Positions 1 through 13,640 of a stretch of 60,000 nt of DNA are shown here, piece by piece. The stretch lies in the NCBI RefSeq assembly GCF_963921235.1, contig NC_086108.1, positions 82,028,001 to 82,088,000 on the forward strand. The letters are read 5' to 3'. Both the position numbers and the translations under genes were made by a program. How positions within the stretch are numbered: position 1 is the first letter of the stretch; every line of letters starts with the position of its first letter. The notes under the pieces are model-generated. The model did no database searches and had not been told where the DNA came from. It saw nothing but the letters and a program-made list of their open reading frames with translations. The DNA is from Mobula hypostoma (lineage: Eukaryota).

Positions 1-607
1 GTGCAAAGATGCCTTGAGAGTAAATTTGAGTGAGTGAACAACAGTGGAGTATTGTTGAATGTGGAACACCTGTGGCATTAACCTCTTCAGTAGAAAAAAC
101 AATGATGTTGAGTTGATTTAAATGGGAACTGTTGATGTTTAAAAGGACCAGCTGCACTTGTACTCAAGGTATCAAATGCAGGTACTACAAGCAATTAGGA
201 AGGCAAATGATGTTCACGCAGGGACAGAATCCTTCAGTATGTTGCTGGAGGAACTCTGTTGGTCAGGCAACATTTATCAGGGAGGTGAGTGTGTAGTTAT
301 TTTGGGCAAGGGAACTCTCCTCATGCCGGGTCTCGGCCTGAAATGTCAGCTGTCGTTTTGCCTCCACGGATGTCGGCTGAACCACTGAGTGACTCCCTGA
401 CCTTGTTTTATATTGCAAGTGAAATGATGACTTTTGTTGCAAGGGGATTTATTTTATTTTATTTTAGCAATACAGAGCAGAGTTGGCCCTTCTGGCCTAC
501 TTGAGCAACACCATCCCAGCAACCACTGACAAACCCAATCAGGGGACCGTTTACACCTAACTTAATCACGGGACAATTTACAGTGATCAGTTAACCTACC
601 TGGTACA

Positions 608-1660
608 AAGAGGAGCGATTAATGGGTCCCTTTTGGAATGGCAGGCGGTGACCAGTGGGGTACCGCAGGGTTCAGTGCTGGGACCGCAGCTGTTTACAAT
701 ATATATTAATGATTTAGATGAGGGAATTAAAAGTAACATTAGCAAATTTGCCGCTGACACAAAGCTGGGTGGCAATGTGAAATGTGAGGAGGAAGTTATG
801 AGAATGCAGGGTGACTTGGACAGACTGGGTGAGTGGGCAGATGCAGTTTAATATGGATAAGTGTGAGGTTATCCACTTTGGTGGTAAGAATGGGAAGGCA
901 GATTATTATCTAAATGGAGTCAAGTTAGGAAAAGGGAAAGCACAATGAGATCTAGGTGTTCTTGTACATCAGTCACTGAAAGCAAGCATGCAAGTACAGC
1001 AGGCAGTGAAGAAAGCTAATGGCATGCCGGCCTTCATAACAAGGGGAATTGAGTATAAAAGCAAAGAGGTCCTTCTGCAGCTGTACAGGGCCCTGGTGAG
1101 ACCACACCTGGAGTACCGAATGCAGTTTTGGTCTCCAAATTTGAGGAAGGACATTCTTGCTATTGAGGGAGTGCAGCGTAGGTTCACAAGGTTAATTCCC
1201 GGGATGGCGGGACTGTCATATGTCGAAAGATTGGAGCGACTGGGCTTGTATACTCTGGAATTTAGAAGGCTGAGAGGGGATCTTATTGAAACATATAAGA
1301 TTATTAAGGGATTGGACACGCTGGAGGCAGGAAGCATGTTCCCGCTGATGGGTGAGTCCAGAACCAGAGGCCACAGTTTAAGAATTAGGGGTAGGCCATT
1401 TACAACAGAGTTGAGGAAAAACTTTTTCACCCAGAGAGTGGTGGATATATGGAATGCTCTGCCCCAGAAACTGCGAAGGCCAAGTTTCTGGATGCTTTCA
1501 AAAAAAGAGATGGATAGAGCTCTTAAAGATAGTGGAATCAAAGGTTATGGGGATAAGGCAGGAACTGGATACTGATACTGGATGATCAGCCATGATCACA
1601 GTGAATGGTGGTGCTGGCTCGAAGGGCCGAATGGCCTACCCCTGCACCTATTGTCTATTG
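608..1660 (+). mobile_element. CR1 LINE, 5'-truncated (RT C-terminus and 3' tail), inserted in a SINE
   Basis: PQGSVLGP, FAADTKL, RPHLEY, KNFFTQRVV motifs; (ctattgt)n tail; SINE halves at about 470-607 and 1661-1900. Confidence 0.9.
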
Positions 1661-2534
1661 TACATCTTTGGAACGTGGGAGGAAACCAGAGCATCTGGTG
1701 AAAACCACAGGGACGACATACAGAGAACCCGTAAGACATAGGAACAGAATTAGGCCATTTGGCCCATCGAGTCTGCTGTGCCATTTCTTCATGGCTGATC
1801 CAATTTTCCATACAGAAAGGTGCCAGAACTGAACTCCGAACTCCAGAAAACTTCGAGTTGTAATAGCATCGTGCTAACCGCTATGCTACTGTGGTGCCCA
1901 CGATCTTGGATTTGAATCCAGGAATAAAGATATCTGACTACAGTTATATTGATACCTCGATTAGTGCACAGGATATGATCCCAGGAATGAGTGCTAATGG
2001 AATAATTCTAAAAGAAAGTATGAGAGGGAGTGCTGTGAGAAACCAGGTTTGGATTTAAGGGGAGGAGATGGTGGACAATGAGGATTTTGTGGAATGCAGT
2101 GCTGAAGGAAACTAGTATTATGAATGTTGGATAAAGTAAGCTGACAGATGGATAGAAGAGCCAAGCAGAGGGCTGTCAAAGCAGGCCAAGACCTGTGGTA
2201 GCTGAAAAATAAGAAGCAGTCATCTGACTTCTTTTTAATATTTTTTAATGCTGTTTCAAAATAATTATCTTTAAGATCTGTCCAATATTCCTTTTAAGTG
2301 CATTTTTTACGGTATAGGTAAAACAAATTTAAAATAAGTTCTGAAATTTTAGATCTTTAAACACAAATCTCCTGTACATGTTCAGAGAGAAAATAAGTAG
2401 TGTTTGTGTGAATTTGGCAGGACCCAATAAGATTGCATTTGGTTCCAGATTCTTTACATCTGTTCAGTAACAGTGGCTTTGCCCATCTGAGGAGTTTCTG
2501 AACTTTTGTTCTTTAAACTATAACTTACCAAATA

Positions 2535-3618
2535 CAGTGGATTCCAGTTAATTGGACCATTGATAAACCAGGGCAGCCAATTAGTTAGAATAACTCTTAA
2601 AGAACAAAAACAAATTGAGAAAATAGCGGAGAATCCCTTAGTTTATTTTGGACAATATACCACTTAATTGAGCAGGAGACTGTTGTTGAACAATTTTAAA
2701 CTATCATTAGTCACATACATGTCATGTGGCTGTTAGGCACTACACCGTGCGTAGAGTGAATAGTTCTCCAATAGCATCAGTTGCATGTGTTTGTGTTCAC
2801 ACAGCAGAATTTTTTGTCTCTGATAGTTGGAGAGAAATAAGCAGTAAGACGATTCAGAACTGTTTTGTTCACTGCAGTTTCAAGCACACAGGCTTGGAAT
2901 TGCAAGAAATGGCCAGGAGTGAAAATGAAATGATCTCACTACTTCAAGTTAGTAACTACAAAGAATTTGAAGGTATCAACAATCATCTTGAATGTTACCT
3001 TCAGTCCTCACCAGACACTAAACTCCCACCTGTGGCTTCAAGTAGCTGTTTGCATGCGACAGTGGCCACACACCGGTACATCGCTTTGACAAGCGGGCTA
3101 AACCAGGTGAGGATAGCCGACGGGTTTCATACCCTGGTGAGATAGGGACATGCTTGTCCTGGCATGCGAAGTCAGCGCTGACAGACTGGGCGGATGAGAT
3201 CCAACGGCTAGGAAGGCAGTTCGGCAACCCACTGTGGAGAGCGAAAGGCATGTTGAGGTGCAGAAGTAGTCGTGGTTATCTACTGTAACCAGGAAAGACC
3301 CCAGTTGTGCAGTCTGCTCATCCCACTGGACCTGGACATCCGAGGTCAAGGAAGGGGAACTGCCCAGTGCAACAGCTTTAAAAACTCTCCCGCACAGGTT
3401 TCCTGTTATTGTTGGATATGGCAGACAACCACCAGTAATATTGGTTGTGTTCTAATTCTGTATTTCATTTAAAAACATAATTTGTTACTCAGTTAAATGG
3501 TCCTTGGTCTTTTTTTTTTATCCCTTTTTAACTATTTACATGAAACCAGCTAATTGAGCAGCTGTTTAATTGGGTGAAAATGTACTCCTCCTCCTGATGT
3601 GTCCCAATTAACTGGAAT
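2535..3618 (+). mobile_element. Tigger/pogo-like DNA transposon remnant interrupted by an RTE-like fragment (about 3000-3435)
   Basis: TA-CAGTGGATTCCAGTTAATTGG start, CCAATTAACTGGAAT inverted end; SWREISSKTIQNCF resembles the pogo transposase C-terminus. Confidence 0.65.
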
Positions 3619-3751
3619 GTTCTACACACAACACGCTGGAAGAACTCAGCAGGTCAGGCAGCATCTATGGAAGTGGATAAACAACACGTTTTGAGCTGAG
3701 ACCTGAAGAATGGTCTCAGCCCGAGATGTTGACTGTTTACTCTTTTCCTTA

Positions 3752-4932
3752 TGAAACCCCTTTTTACTGGGCGTCCTTAGCCACTGGAGCACCTTTCTTA
3801 AACTCTGTATGTCTAGTAGGGTCAGTATGACTTGGGTCCCACCGAAACCAGGAACCTGAGATGTCTCAGCCACCCAAACCCTGATTTGTGCGAATCCGTG
3901 TAAATACTGCCCCCATGCAATTAGCTGTCGGCAAGAAATAACAGATCATCCACTGCATACAGTTATAAAGAAAGTATATTTACAAAGTGTCAGCCTTATC
4001 AAACAGTTAATAGGAAAAAGAAAAGGGGAAAAAATAAAAACGGCCCATTACAGTTAACCCAGTTCAAATGTGCACGTAAGTTGGAGCTCAGTGGTAAACA
4101 CGATTCTGTTCCTCCTTCCCACCCTCCCCCGACCTTCTTTATAGGGCCTCTGCCCCTTCCCTCTTCAGTCCTGATGAAGGGTTCTGGCCTGAAAAGTTGA
4201 CTGATCATTTCCACGGATGCTGCCCGACCTGCTGAGTTCCTCCAGCGTGTTGTGAGCGTTAAGTTGGAGCTCATCTCGAAGTTGTCTTTAACGTGCGTGC
4301 TGGACCCACGGTCTGTGTGAAGGTACGCAGCACCTGAAGGTTGCTCGAAATCCACCTCAAACAAGCGGGCTCCCCCACGGGAGTGTTGTTCTTTTTATAT
4401 ATACAAAATAGGTTTATTACAAATTCAGTGCTATATATACAAACCAGTGACTAACACAATTCCTTCATTACAAATAGACAATACACATTAAAATGTTTCC
4501 ATCTCTGTCAATGATGGCAATAACCACTGGCGGAGCCCAACGGTCCCAGAACGCCTCTACGGTCGCCGTGGACAGCCCGTGTTCCTTCTTGATATTTACC
4601 CGGGCACGAACATATCCCCTACACCAGGTATGTTCTTGCTCCTTGAAGCCTTTCATCTGCACAAAGCACCTTGTGCAACAGGGACAGCATCCTCAGCCAT
4701 CTTCCCTCCTGGGTGGAGAGGTTTTCGTGATGGAGTGGAAGTCTGTTTGTGAGGAGCTGGGAGAAGACAGGAGGAATGATAGGAATGTTGTGTCAGCCAA
4801 AATCGAAAAACATAGCCTCGTATCTTTAGCTCAAACCCAAACATGCTAAAAGCAGAACAGACTGCTCTTACTAAACTGCTAAAATGAAATACCTACAATG
4901 TAACAGTAAAAAAATTTAACCAGGGCGTTACA
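3752..4932 (-). mobile_element. Solo LTR-like element containing Penelope and Tx1 insertions
   Basis: TG...GTTACA termini; shares motifs (gagctccaa, gggccc plus T-rich tract) with the LTR at 57751; splits a Penelope fragment. Confidence 0.55.
4395..4680 (-). mobile_element. Tx1-clade LINE 3' fragment
   Basis: RGYVRARV...EH...VEAFWDRWAP ORF2 C-terminus, then AATAAA and an A-rich tail on -. Confidence 0.75.
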
Positions 4933-6309
4933 TGTAGTTGCTGCCTGACCTCTGTTCCTCCAGCATTTTATGTGTGTTGCTTTGGATTCCAGCATCCGCA
5001 CACTTCCTCGCGTTTGGAATGTACTGTATGTTTTCACTGACGTTAATATATTTTGGCCTCATTGTGATTGTCTTTATCAGATTGTCTGTCATATTGCAGA
5101 TGTCAAGCTGCTGATTTGTAGGCAAATGGACTTCCGGTGGCAGTGTCCCCCTCCTCATTGCCAGAACTGCAGGCGTTGCTCAAATACAACAAGTCTAACC
5201 ATCGACTGGTCACTGAACCTCACTCCATGTAATCTCCACCCGGCCAGCTAAGTAAGCAGTAACCTTGCATCCTTGAGAAGTTAGTCAACAGTGCTTTTGC
5301 AGGTGAGTCCCCTTTAGCATGTTCACTTCCTGACTGATTCTAATTTCTGATGGATTGACATACCAGGGGAAAATGTGTTGCAGTCATTATTTTAAAAGTA
5401 ATTCATTGAATTCTTCAAATTCTGCATCAACTCAGAGTGCAAGATGCAATGCGTCATGTTGGAGATCTTGCTGAAGCTGTTTCTGATCCCACTGATACAT
5501 TAGAGTAGAATGTCTCCCTAAGTCATTCTTGTTAATCATTGGACATAGTAGAAATTCACTTGCCTAACCCCCATCACCCCGACTGAGGCATCAGAGTTCT
5601 CTGTTCTGGGCCAGTCTTTCAAGCTGTCCCCCTGTGTAACTCTTCAAGGCAAAGGCCCTTCCTCTCCCAGGGATGAAGTCTTTGGAGCTTTCATTGGCGT
5701 TTCTGTAGCTCTGGGTTTTTATGGGATGGGGTTGCTAGCCCCATGCCCAACCCTCCTCATTTTGCAGAATGGCTTGAGACTGTCCACAGTGGCTGACAGA
5801 GTAGAAAGTGGAACCAAAATTACCAAGTGGAGCCGATGCAGAAACACTAAAACATGGCACATTTATTTTTGATCCCTATGACCTGCAAAGATCTGTAAAC
5901 GAGTGTATTGTTGTTTGAATCTGTAAGCATTGGATGTTTGCCTTGATCATAGAGAGGTAGTGTAAGTCTCTGCTGTCTTATAAGGTGGTCTGAAGGAAGC
6001 TATGCATTAGTCGCCTTGTATTTCTGCATCTTTTGAGAGATGAGGTGCTCAGTACCGAGTACGTGTAGAAACATCTCCTGGGAACCTTGGCCCATGCCTG
6101 TGTGAAGCAGTAAAGGAACATTCAGGATGATATTAAGAGCCATGTGGCCATGCACTGGGAGCACCTACAAGTCCTGCAGAAGCAAAGGGAGGAGCACATC
6201 TTACAAACCACCCACCCATCTACCCACTCAGATATTTAGTGTTCCTTCTGTGGAAAAGTCTGTTGTTCCCACACTGACTCAATTAGTCATTTCAGGATCT
6301 GGAAGGAAA

Positions 6310-6920
6310 TCGAGTCGTACAGTATGGAAACAATCCACACTGGCCAAGTTGCACACATTTGGCCCAAATCCTCTAAACCTGTCTAAATGCCTTTTAAAGA
6401 CTGTAATTGTACCTCTGTGGCTTCCTCTGGCACAGCGTTCCATATACCCACTGTTGAAAAAGTTGCTTCTCATGCCTGCTTTAAAATTTTCCTCTCGGTT
6501 TAAATCTCGGCTCTTTAGTTTTAGACTCCTCAATCTGGGGGGAAATATTGTTACCATTCACAAAATCAAGTACCCCTCATGATTTTGTTTACATCTAGAA
6601 GGTCAACCATTGGCCTCCTACGCTCCAGAGTCAAAGGCTGTAGCCAATCCAGTATCTTCTTATACTTTGAACTCTCAATTCGCTGTCAAAATCCTTGCTA
6701 ATCTTTTGCTTGATAATAATTCAATAATTAGGTGACCAGAACCACACACATTACTGTGTGGTGTCTCACCAATATCTTGCACAATTGTTACGTGACACCT
6801 CAACTCTCATTCTCAGTCCCTTGTCTGATGAACGTAGGCTTGGTTGATGCCATCTTCACCACCTTCTCTGCTTGTGTTGCTATGTTTGAGGAACTGGGCA
6901 CTTGTACCCTGGGTTTCTCT
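6310..6920 (-). mobile_element. Old CR1 3' fragment
   Basis: Degenerate RSNFF / FKRHLDRF peptide on -. Confidence 0.6.
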
Positions 6921-7004
6921 GCAGCAAAACACAAAATGCTGTCGGGCGCCATGTATGGAAATGAAGAAATGGTCAATGTTTCAGGCTGGGATCCTCCATC
7001 AGGA

Positions 7005-7330
7005 GAGTAGCCCTCCCAAACCAGACAGTGATGCAGCCTGTCAGAATGCTCTCCACGGTACTGTACCTCTGTAGAAATTTGCAGGTTTTTTTTTGTGACA
7101 TACCAAATCTCTTCAAAATCCTAATGAAGTATAGCATTTGTCGTGCCTTCTTTGTAGCTGCATCAATATGTTTGGTCCAGGTTAGATCCTCAAAGATACT
7201 GACACGCAGGAATGTGAAATTGCTCACTCTTTCCACTTCTGATCCCTCTGAGGACTGTTGTGTGTGTGTGTGTTCTATCGTCTTACCCTTTCTGAGTTCC
7301 CGCTCAGTTCCTTGGTCTTACTGACTTTGA
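7005..7330 (-). mobile_element. Rex1/Babar LINE fragment
   Basis: ERVSNFTFL...KKARQMLYFIR, ESILTGCITVWFG. Confidence 0.8.
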
Positions 7331-8294
7331 ATACCTTGCAGTCATCTGGATCCGAAGAAAGTTGTGTTGAAATTGCTTGTTTTATTTGCATTGTCTGAAA
7401 TGAGACTGTGTCTGTGCATGAACCATAATTAGTGTTTGATTCCAGTGATCATGAAAAACTTTAAACAGTGAACAAAGCGAGCTGGGATCCTTTAACCTTG
7501 AAGCAGACTTTTTAGGTAAATAAGGCGACAAATGAATCTTATGGGGAAGCTGAAACAGAAATGAGTAACGTGCGCTTGCCAACAGTTTTCATATCACTTG
7601 TTGACACACTTTGTTCTTGTGATTTATGCTTTACTGCACCCATGGCCTTTGCTGCTCTTCTTTCATCCCTCCTCCCAACTGAAATGGTTTCCTTGAATTA
7701 ACTTTGTCAACAATTTACCTGTTATAAATAGATTCATCTGATATAAAGCAGATTCAGAACCGGGCCACTTCCATTCACTGCAGGATCAGGTTCCTGCGAC
7801 AGGTCCCTTGGGATACGCAAGGGTTTGTTTATTTACGGTGATACAGTCAGTATTAACGGTAAGTATGGACGCCTCCTGGGTCAAAGTCTAGATTTAAATG
7901 CTGAGCGAATGCTGCACAATTGTGGATGTGCCCCTTTGAGGAAGCATTAGTCCAAATCTGCCACTTCGGATACAAAAGATCTTCTGGCACTAATTGAAGA
8001 GAAGCAGAGGAGCTTTTTAGAGTTTGCCCCGATATACCACTTATTGGTGCATACCACTAACTCAATCTCCAGTGGTAACGTGGGCTATTTGGATAAGCAT
8101 TCCTTTGCTTTACTGTTTTGGTTTTTCTACATTTCAACTGTGACTACACTTCAAAAAATATTTTACTATTAGTGAAGCAATTTGAGATGTGGAAATTAAA
8201 TAAGTGTGATAAATGCAAATTAATCTGTTTCAAGTGTTTTTATTGTGAAGCCACATCAGCTTAACCACAACCGACAATGTCCTAAAGCACAATG

Positions 8295-9270
8295 CTTTTT
8301 TTTCTTTTCTTTCTGATAACATAATGAAAGTCAAATGAATGTATGTATAGTAAACAAGCAAAAATCAAGGGAAACCCTACCACCCCATCTCCTTTCCCCT
8401 TCCCAGCCCTACCCTCCCCTCACCCCTCCCGTATGTGCTGTTTAGGTCCTACTGCCCCCCCCCCCCCCCACACTTAGTTCAGCTGTCGGTCTCTTCTGAA
8501 TACAACAGTAATGGTTGCCAGATTTTTTTCAAATTCCTTGAGTTTGTCCTTGATAACGTATCTTATCCTCTCTAGATGCAGAGTATCCATTAATGCAGCC
8601 AACCATTGTGTGGGTGATGGAATTTCCTCCTTTTTCCAGAACATCAGTATGAGTTTCTTTCCATTAAGTATGCCATAGGTCAGGAGTTGTTGCTGGGTAG
8701 CCTGGAATTTATTTGACCTCGCAGAAGTTCCAAAGATTATTAAATAGTGTCTGGTATTATCGGAACCTTTAGTACCTTCGATAGGACCTCAAATATTTGC
8801 TTCCGATACTCTTGTATCCTGGGACATAAAGCATAACTATGTAACAAATTTGCCTCTGAGGACTTGCATTTCTCACACACTGGGGATACCTCTGGGAATA
8901 TTTTATGAATCCTTACTTTTGAGTAATGTAGTCTGTGTAGGATTTTAAATTGTATTAAACAAAGCCTGGCATTGATGGAACAGGAGTTAACATACTCCAA
9001 AGCCTCATTCCATATAACCTCCTCTATCTCTGTACCCAACTCCTTTTCCCACTCTTTTTTAATATTATCCACTGTTGTATGACACTTGTTTTGTATGGCA
9101 TCATACAGATTGGCTATGATGTGTTCTGTCCCTAAATATGATCTTAAATGATTTTCTAATTTATCAGGTTCTGCTGTCTCAAAACCAGAAGGATGTGATC
9201 TTATATAGTGTATTAGCTGGAGATACCTGAAAAAATTACTCTCTTGCAATCTGAATTTGAAACGCAAATT
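8295..9270 (-). mobile_element. L1-clade LINE 3' fragment (zf-RVT region)
   Basis: FFRYLQL, WEKELG, LIQFKILHRLHY, CEKC...HSYALCP; A-rich tail on -. Confidence 0.85.
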
Positions 9271-9914
9271 AGTCTGTTCTTTTTTTTTTCAAAGTAGCAG
9301 CAAATTTCAAACAGAGGAGCGTGCATTCAAAGTCTTCCATTAAAGTGACAACTAAATCAGGTAAGGTGGCACTCTGAGTGCATGGGGAGCTGACTATTTA
9401 AAGGCCGAGCACTTGATATTTATCACAGGCTATGTTTGGGTTGATTTAAAGGGATGGAGCTTAATAAAGTTGTGACTGCCATAATTTGCATTACATTTGA
9501 TGGGAGAGGGTAGTTGTGGGGGGGGGGGAGGCGCGGGTAAATGCCCTTTAACCTTCTACCCACTGTACACCTTTTAATTCTTAAGTCCTGACACTTCATT
9601 AAGAAGCAAATGGATGAACAGTCATTTTTAGTTGTCAGATTTCTGGAAGGAGAGCTCTCGTTGTCAGTTTGGATTATTGATTACAAACTGGAGGAGGCCA
9701 TTCAGCCCATCATGACCTTGTTGAGTAACCCTGTCAGCTCTGTTGTCTTATTTCTTTATTGCCATGCCACCTGTTCTCTCTTGCATCCGTATTAACTCCC
9801 ATTTGATTCTTTCTGCCCCTTGACTATACTCAAGAATAATTTGTAGTTGCCAATTAACTTACAAACCCACCATAGGGAAGAGGGAGCAAACTAGCAGAAA
9901 GGCTAGCACATATG

Positions 9915-10403
9915 GTAGTTCGTCCATCGTCGTCGATAAAGACCTCGACACCATTAGTCACTTTGAGACTGCTCGGGAGAGGGTGCTGCCAAGGTAAATA
10001 AACTGGTCAACTGCCTGTACTTTCTGTCCTTTGACTGTGATTTTGGGTTCTGTGTACAGTGCATGAGGAGCTGGCTGGTGCATAACTTGGGTCTCTTTGA
10101 TGTTGATGGTGAGTCCAAAGTTGTGACAAGCCGTGGAGAATTTGTCCATATTGACTTGCACTCTGGCTCCAAGCCAGTATACAGGGCACAGTTATCGGCA
10201 AAGAGGAAGTCTCTCAGAACAGTCTCCTTCACTTTGGTAACAGCTTGAAGTCTCCTCAGGTTGAAGAGCTTCCCATCCACTCTGTACTTGAGGCTGATTC
10301 CAGCATCACTGTCCTGGAAGGCATTGTTCAGCATGGCAGAAAACATCATGCTGAACAGTGTGGGTGCAAGCGCACAACACTGTTTGACGCCATGGGTGAC
10401 TGA
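9915..10403 (-). mobile_element. RTE (BovB-like) LINE, 5'-truncated and internally deleted, with 13-bp TSD
   Basis: GKLFNLRRL, LFADNCAL, FGLTINIKET, FIYLGSTLS; TSD gctagcac(a/g)tatg at 9902-9914 and 10404-10416. Confidence 0.85.
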
Positions 10404-11469
10404 GCTAGCACGTATGATAAATAAATGAATCTCAACCTAAACTTAAAACTAACCTGTTTTACTCATTTTTACTCATTCTGATGGAGGGCCTTTGATTTGA
10501 AATTTTTGGCTCTTGTTTCTCTTTTCGCAAATGCTACCTGACCTCTCGGGTATTTCCAACGTAGTTTCAGTTTTTAGTTTGGATTTCGGTCACCTGCAGA
10601 TTTTGTTTAGAATGTCAGTCACTGTTTCAGACTGATCTGAACAGCAGTTCATCTGGAGATTTCCTCAGGGAAAATTAAGTTATCATCTGCATGAACATCA
10701 GAAACCTGCAGGGGCTGAACATAAGCTCTGATGAAGAGTCTCTGACCTGAAACGTTAAGACTGTTTCTCTTTTCACTGATGCTGTCGAACCTGTCGGGCT
10801 TTTCTAGCATTTTCTGTATTTATTTCAGATCCTGCATTTCCAATGCTTTCTTTTTTTTTCATTTACAATTGACACCTACCTGGGGATGATGGTGTATGTG
10901 AGGATGCCTTCAGTCTATTTGAAATGATCTATGAAGCCACTTTGCATCTCCCAGCTTCAGACAGCGCCATGCAGGGCTTTCAAAGCTGCTTGGCATTGCT
11001 TTAAAGAGGCTTCCTGGCGTGTAAACGCGGAAAATGCTAGGTCAGGGCACATCTGTGAGAAGGGCTTTTCCTTTCCCTCAGATGTGGCCTGACCTGTTCA
11101 GTACTTACAGCCTTTTGTTTTGGATTAGATGGCCAGGACCTGTACTTTGTTTTCTATTTGGCTTCTTAAAAACTATGGGCATGGTAACAAGGGAGCGTCC
11201 CCAGGGCAGGATTACTTAAAGTAACAGTGCTGTAGCAAAAGGTTTTGGACAGACCTAATGCAAATCCTCCAGTGTGGGGATTTACAAGGTGACAGGATTA
11301 TTACTGGCATTGAAACTCCTTGTCTGTATTTTTTTAACTGAAACAAAAGTAAAAATCAGAAATGTGTTAATGTTATCCAGCACTTAAAATGAAAAATGTC
11401 TTGAGTCAATGCTCTATTTGCAGAACTAAGTGATGAGCTCACACTTTTTTTTTATATGTAAAAGGTTCA

Positions 11470-11731
11470 ATGGAAGCTTCAACATCAGAAGAACTTGGAG
11501 CTGCCAACTGCCCTATCAAGAAACAAAATAAAAGGGCTCGCGCTCCGAAATATGCAGACGGTGGCTACGGATGGGTAGTTTTAGCCTCGTGCTTCACTAT
11601 CACTGGATTGACGTCCAGTTTCGTGAGGTCGTTCGGAATCTTTTTCCTTGATATCCAGAACTGCTTTGGCACACTCGCCTTTAAGGTCTCTTGGATCAGT
11701 GCAATCAATGTGGCAGTGTTTCATCTGAGCT
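11470..11731 (+). CDS. slc16a13-like: SLC16 (monocarboxylate transporter, MCT13-like) coding exon 1
   Basis: ATG at 11470 just after acceptor (poly-T...AAAG|, exon starts 11465); MCT N-terminal signature DGGYGW, TM1-TM2; donor T|GTAAGT at 11732, phase 1. Confidence 0.92.
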
Positions 11732-11762
11732 GTAAGTATCAATCGGTGACCTAGGTAGTTGT

Positions 11763-12340
11763 CAGAATCAGATTAATTATCATTGCCTTGTGTCGTGGAA
11801 TTTATTGTCATGTGGCAGCAGTACAGTGCAATACATAAAGAATGCAATAAGACATAGAAAAGTTAAAAAATAGTGCAAAAAGAGAGCAGAATACTGAGGT
11901 AGTGTTGATGGACTCTTCAGAAACCTGGTGGTGGAGGGGAAGAAGCTGCTCCTAAAGCGTTGAGTGTGTGTCTTCAGGCTCCTGTACCTTCTCCCTGATG
12001 GTAGCAGTGGGAAGAGGGCTTGTTGTCTCAGATGGTGAGGGTCTTTAATAATGGATACTGCTTTACTGAGTCAATTCTTCTTGAATATATCTTTGATGGT
12101 GGTGAGGGTTGTGCCCTTGCTGGGACTGGCTGTGTCTACAGCCCCCTGAGATGTAACCTGTCAGAATGCTCTCCACCCTATATCTGTGGAAATTTGCACA
12201 AGTTTAGTGACCTACCAAATCCCCTCCAACTCCTAAGGAAGTAGAGCCATTGGCATGCCTTCTCCATGATTGCAACAAAGTGTTAGGCCTAGGATAGATC
12301 CTCGATGATGTTGATGCATCCCCAGGAACTTGAAGCTTCA
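11763..12340 (-). mobile_element. Rex1/Babar LINE 3' fragment in SLC16 intron 1
   Basis: (agaatc)n tail and 3' UTR matching the copies at about 30160, 30440 and 55487. Confidence 0.7.
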
Positions 12341-13364
12341 AGTTGCGGTCCATAATGATGGATGCTGCCTCCCTGAGGCATTGCCTTTTGAAGGTGTCCC
12401 ACGATGGGCCAGGCAGAGCCTATAACCTTCTGCAGTTTTAATGCTGCCTTCCCTCTGGGATGGAATTACTGTGAAAACAACATTAAAGTGTTTAGTGAGG
12501 AAAATATGGGCATTACAGTTCCGGGTTAATATCATTTGAATAAATATTCATACCTCGGGAGGTTTGAATCGTTTGTCTGGTTCATGAGCCAGCTGTGCTT
12601 TGCTAGTTCCTGGGTGTTGAAGTTCTTTGCAAGCTCACTCAAACTCTCCAGTGTTATAAGATCTAGTCAGATGTTGAAGCATTGGATACCACTACTAGAT
12701 TATTATCCCATTCTGATCTTTACCTAGGGAGAGTCAGGTTAGATTGTTGATGTTATTTTTTCCCACCATGTCAAAATGAATACTATGTGCAAGGAAGTTT
12801 TTGATTTTTGTAACCGATCCAGCTACCAAATAGTTTTAAATGCAGTTTACAAAGCTCCTGAGAGCCAGTAAGCTGAGGCAAATTTCACAACCTGAAGCCC
12901 GTCCCATCTCATGGAACAACTGGGCTCGGTTTCCTCAGCCCTCCACACCCTGGGTGTGCAGGCAATTCACCTGATAGTGAGGCCTGGCCACAGGCCAAGT
13001 CCAGTATGATCCAGCCTAGTGGTTTTTATTATAGCTTTCATTTTTAAAAATTCTTGTAACAGAGGAGGCCATTCAGTTCATCAAGTCTGTGCCATCTCCC
13101 AGAGCAATCATCCCTTCAGTCCTATCCCCCCTACTTATTTTCTTCTGTAACTTGTTTTCAACACTCTATTGAGTAAAGGCTCAGTAAGATAAGCCAATTT
13201 ACCTATCGCTCATCGTTAGGATTTGGGAAGAAACGTGCACTCACAAGGAGAACATGTACATTCTACTTTGGTAGAATAGAGCCATACTTCTAACCTTGCC
13301 TTCAAGTTGATGCATTCCTTTAAGAAGTGTCCAAAAACAGTACTTCTTTGCGCAGAGGATTGGG

Positions 13365-13640
13365 GGTGGGGTGCAGAACAGGCAACACGGCACTTTTACT
13401 GCTTGGGGCGTTGCAGTTTGAAGTTCAGTTCTGATGCCATCTGTAAGAAGTTTGTACGCCCTTTCCATGAGCGGGAACATTTCCTCCTGGCGCTCTGGTT
13501 TGTTCCCACAATTGAAAGGTATACAGCTTGATAGATTAATTGGGTCATGGTAAGTTGTCCAGTGATTAGGGTTAAATGGGTGGGTAGCTGGGTGACATGG
13601 CTTTCTGGGGCAGAAGAGCCTGTTCCACAGCATAAATAAT
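13365..13640 (+). mobile_element. Degenerate tRNA-derived SINE (related copies at 21475-21722 and 54825-55060)
   Basis: Decayed B-box gttcagttc; shared core ctgtaaggagtttgta...tgctccagtttcctcc. Confidence 0.6.

Noticed and set aside
969..1541. 190-aa antisense ORFs (also 19864-20436, 18722-19063, 17182-17586, 16318-16719)
   Set aside because: Shadow frames opposite CR1 ORF2 that recur with each copy
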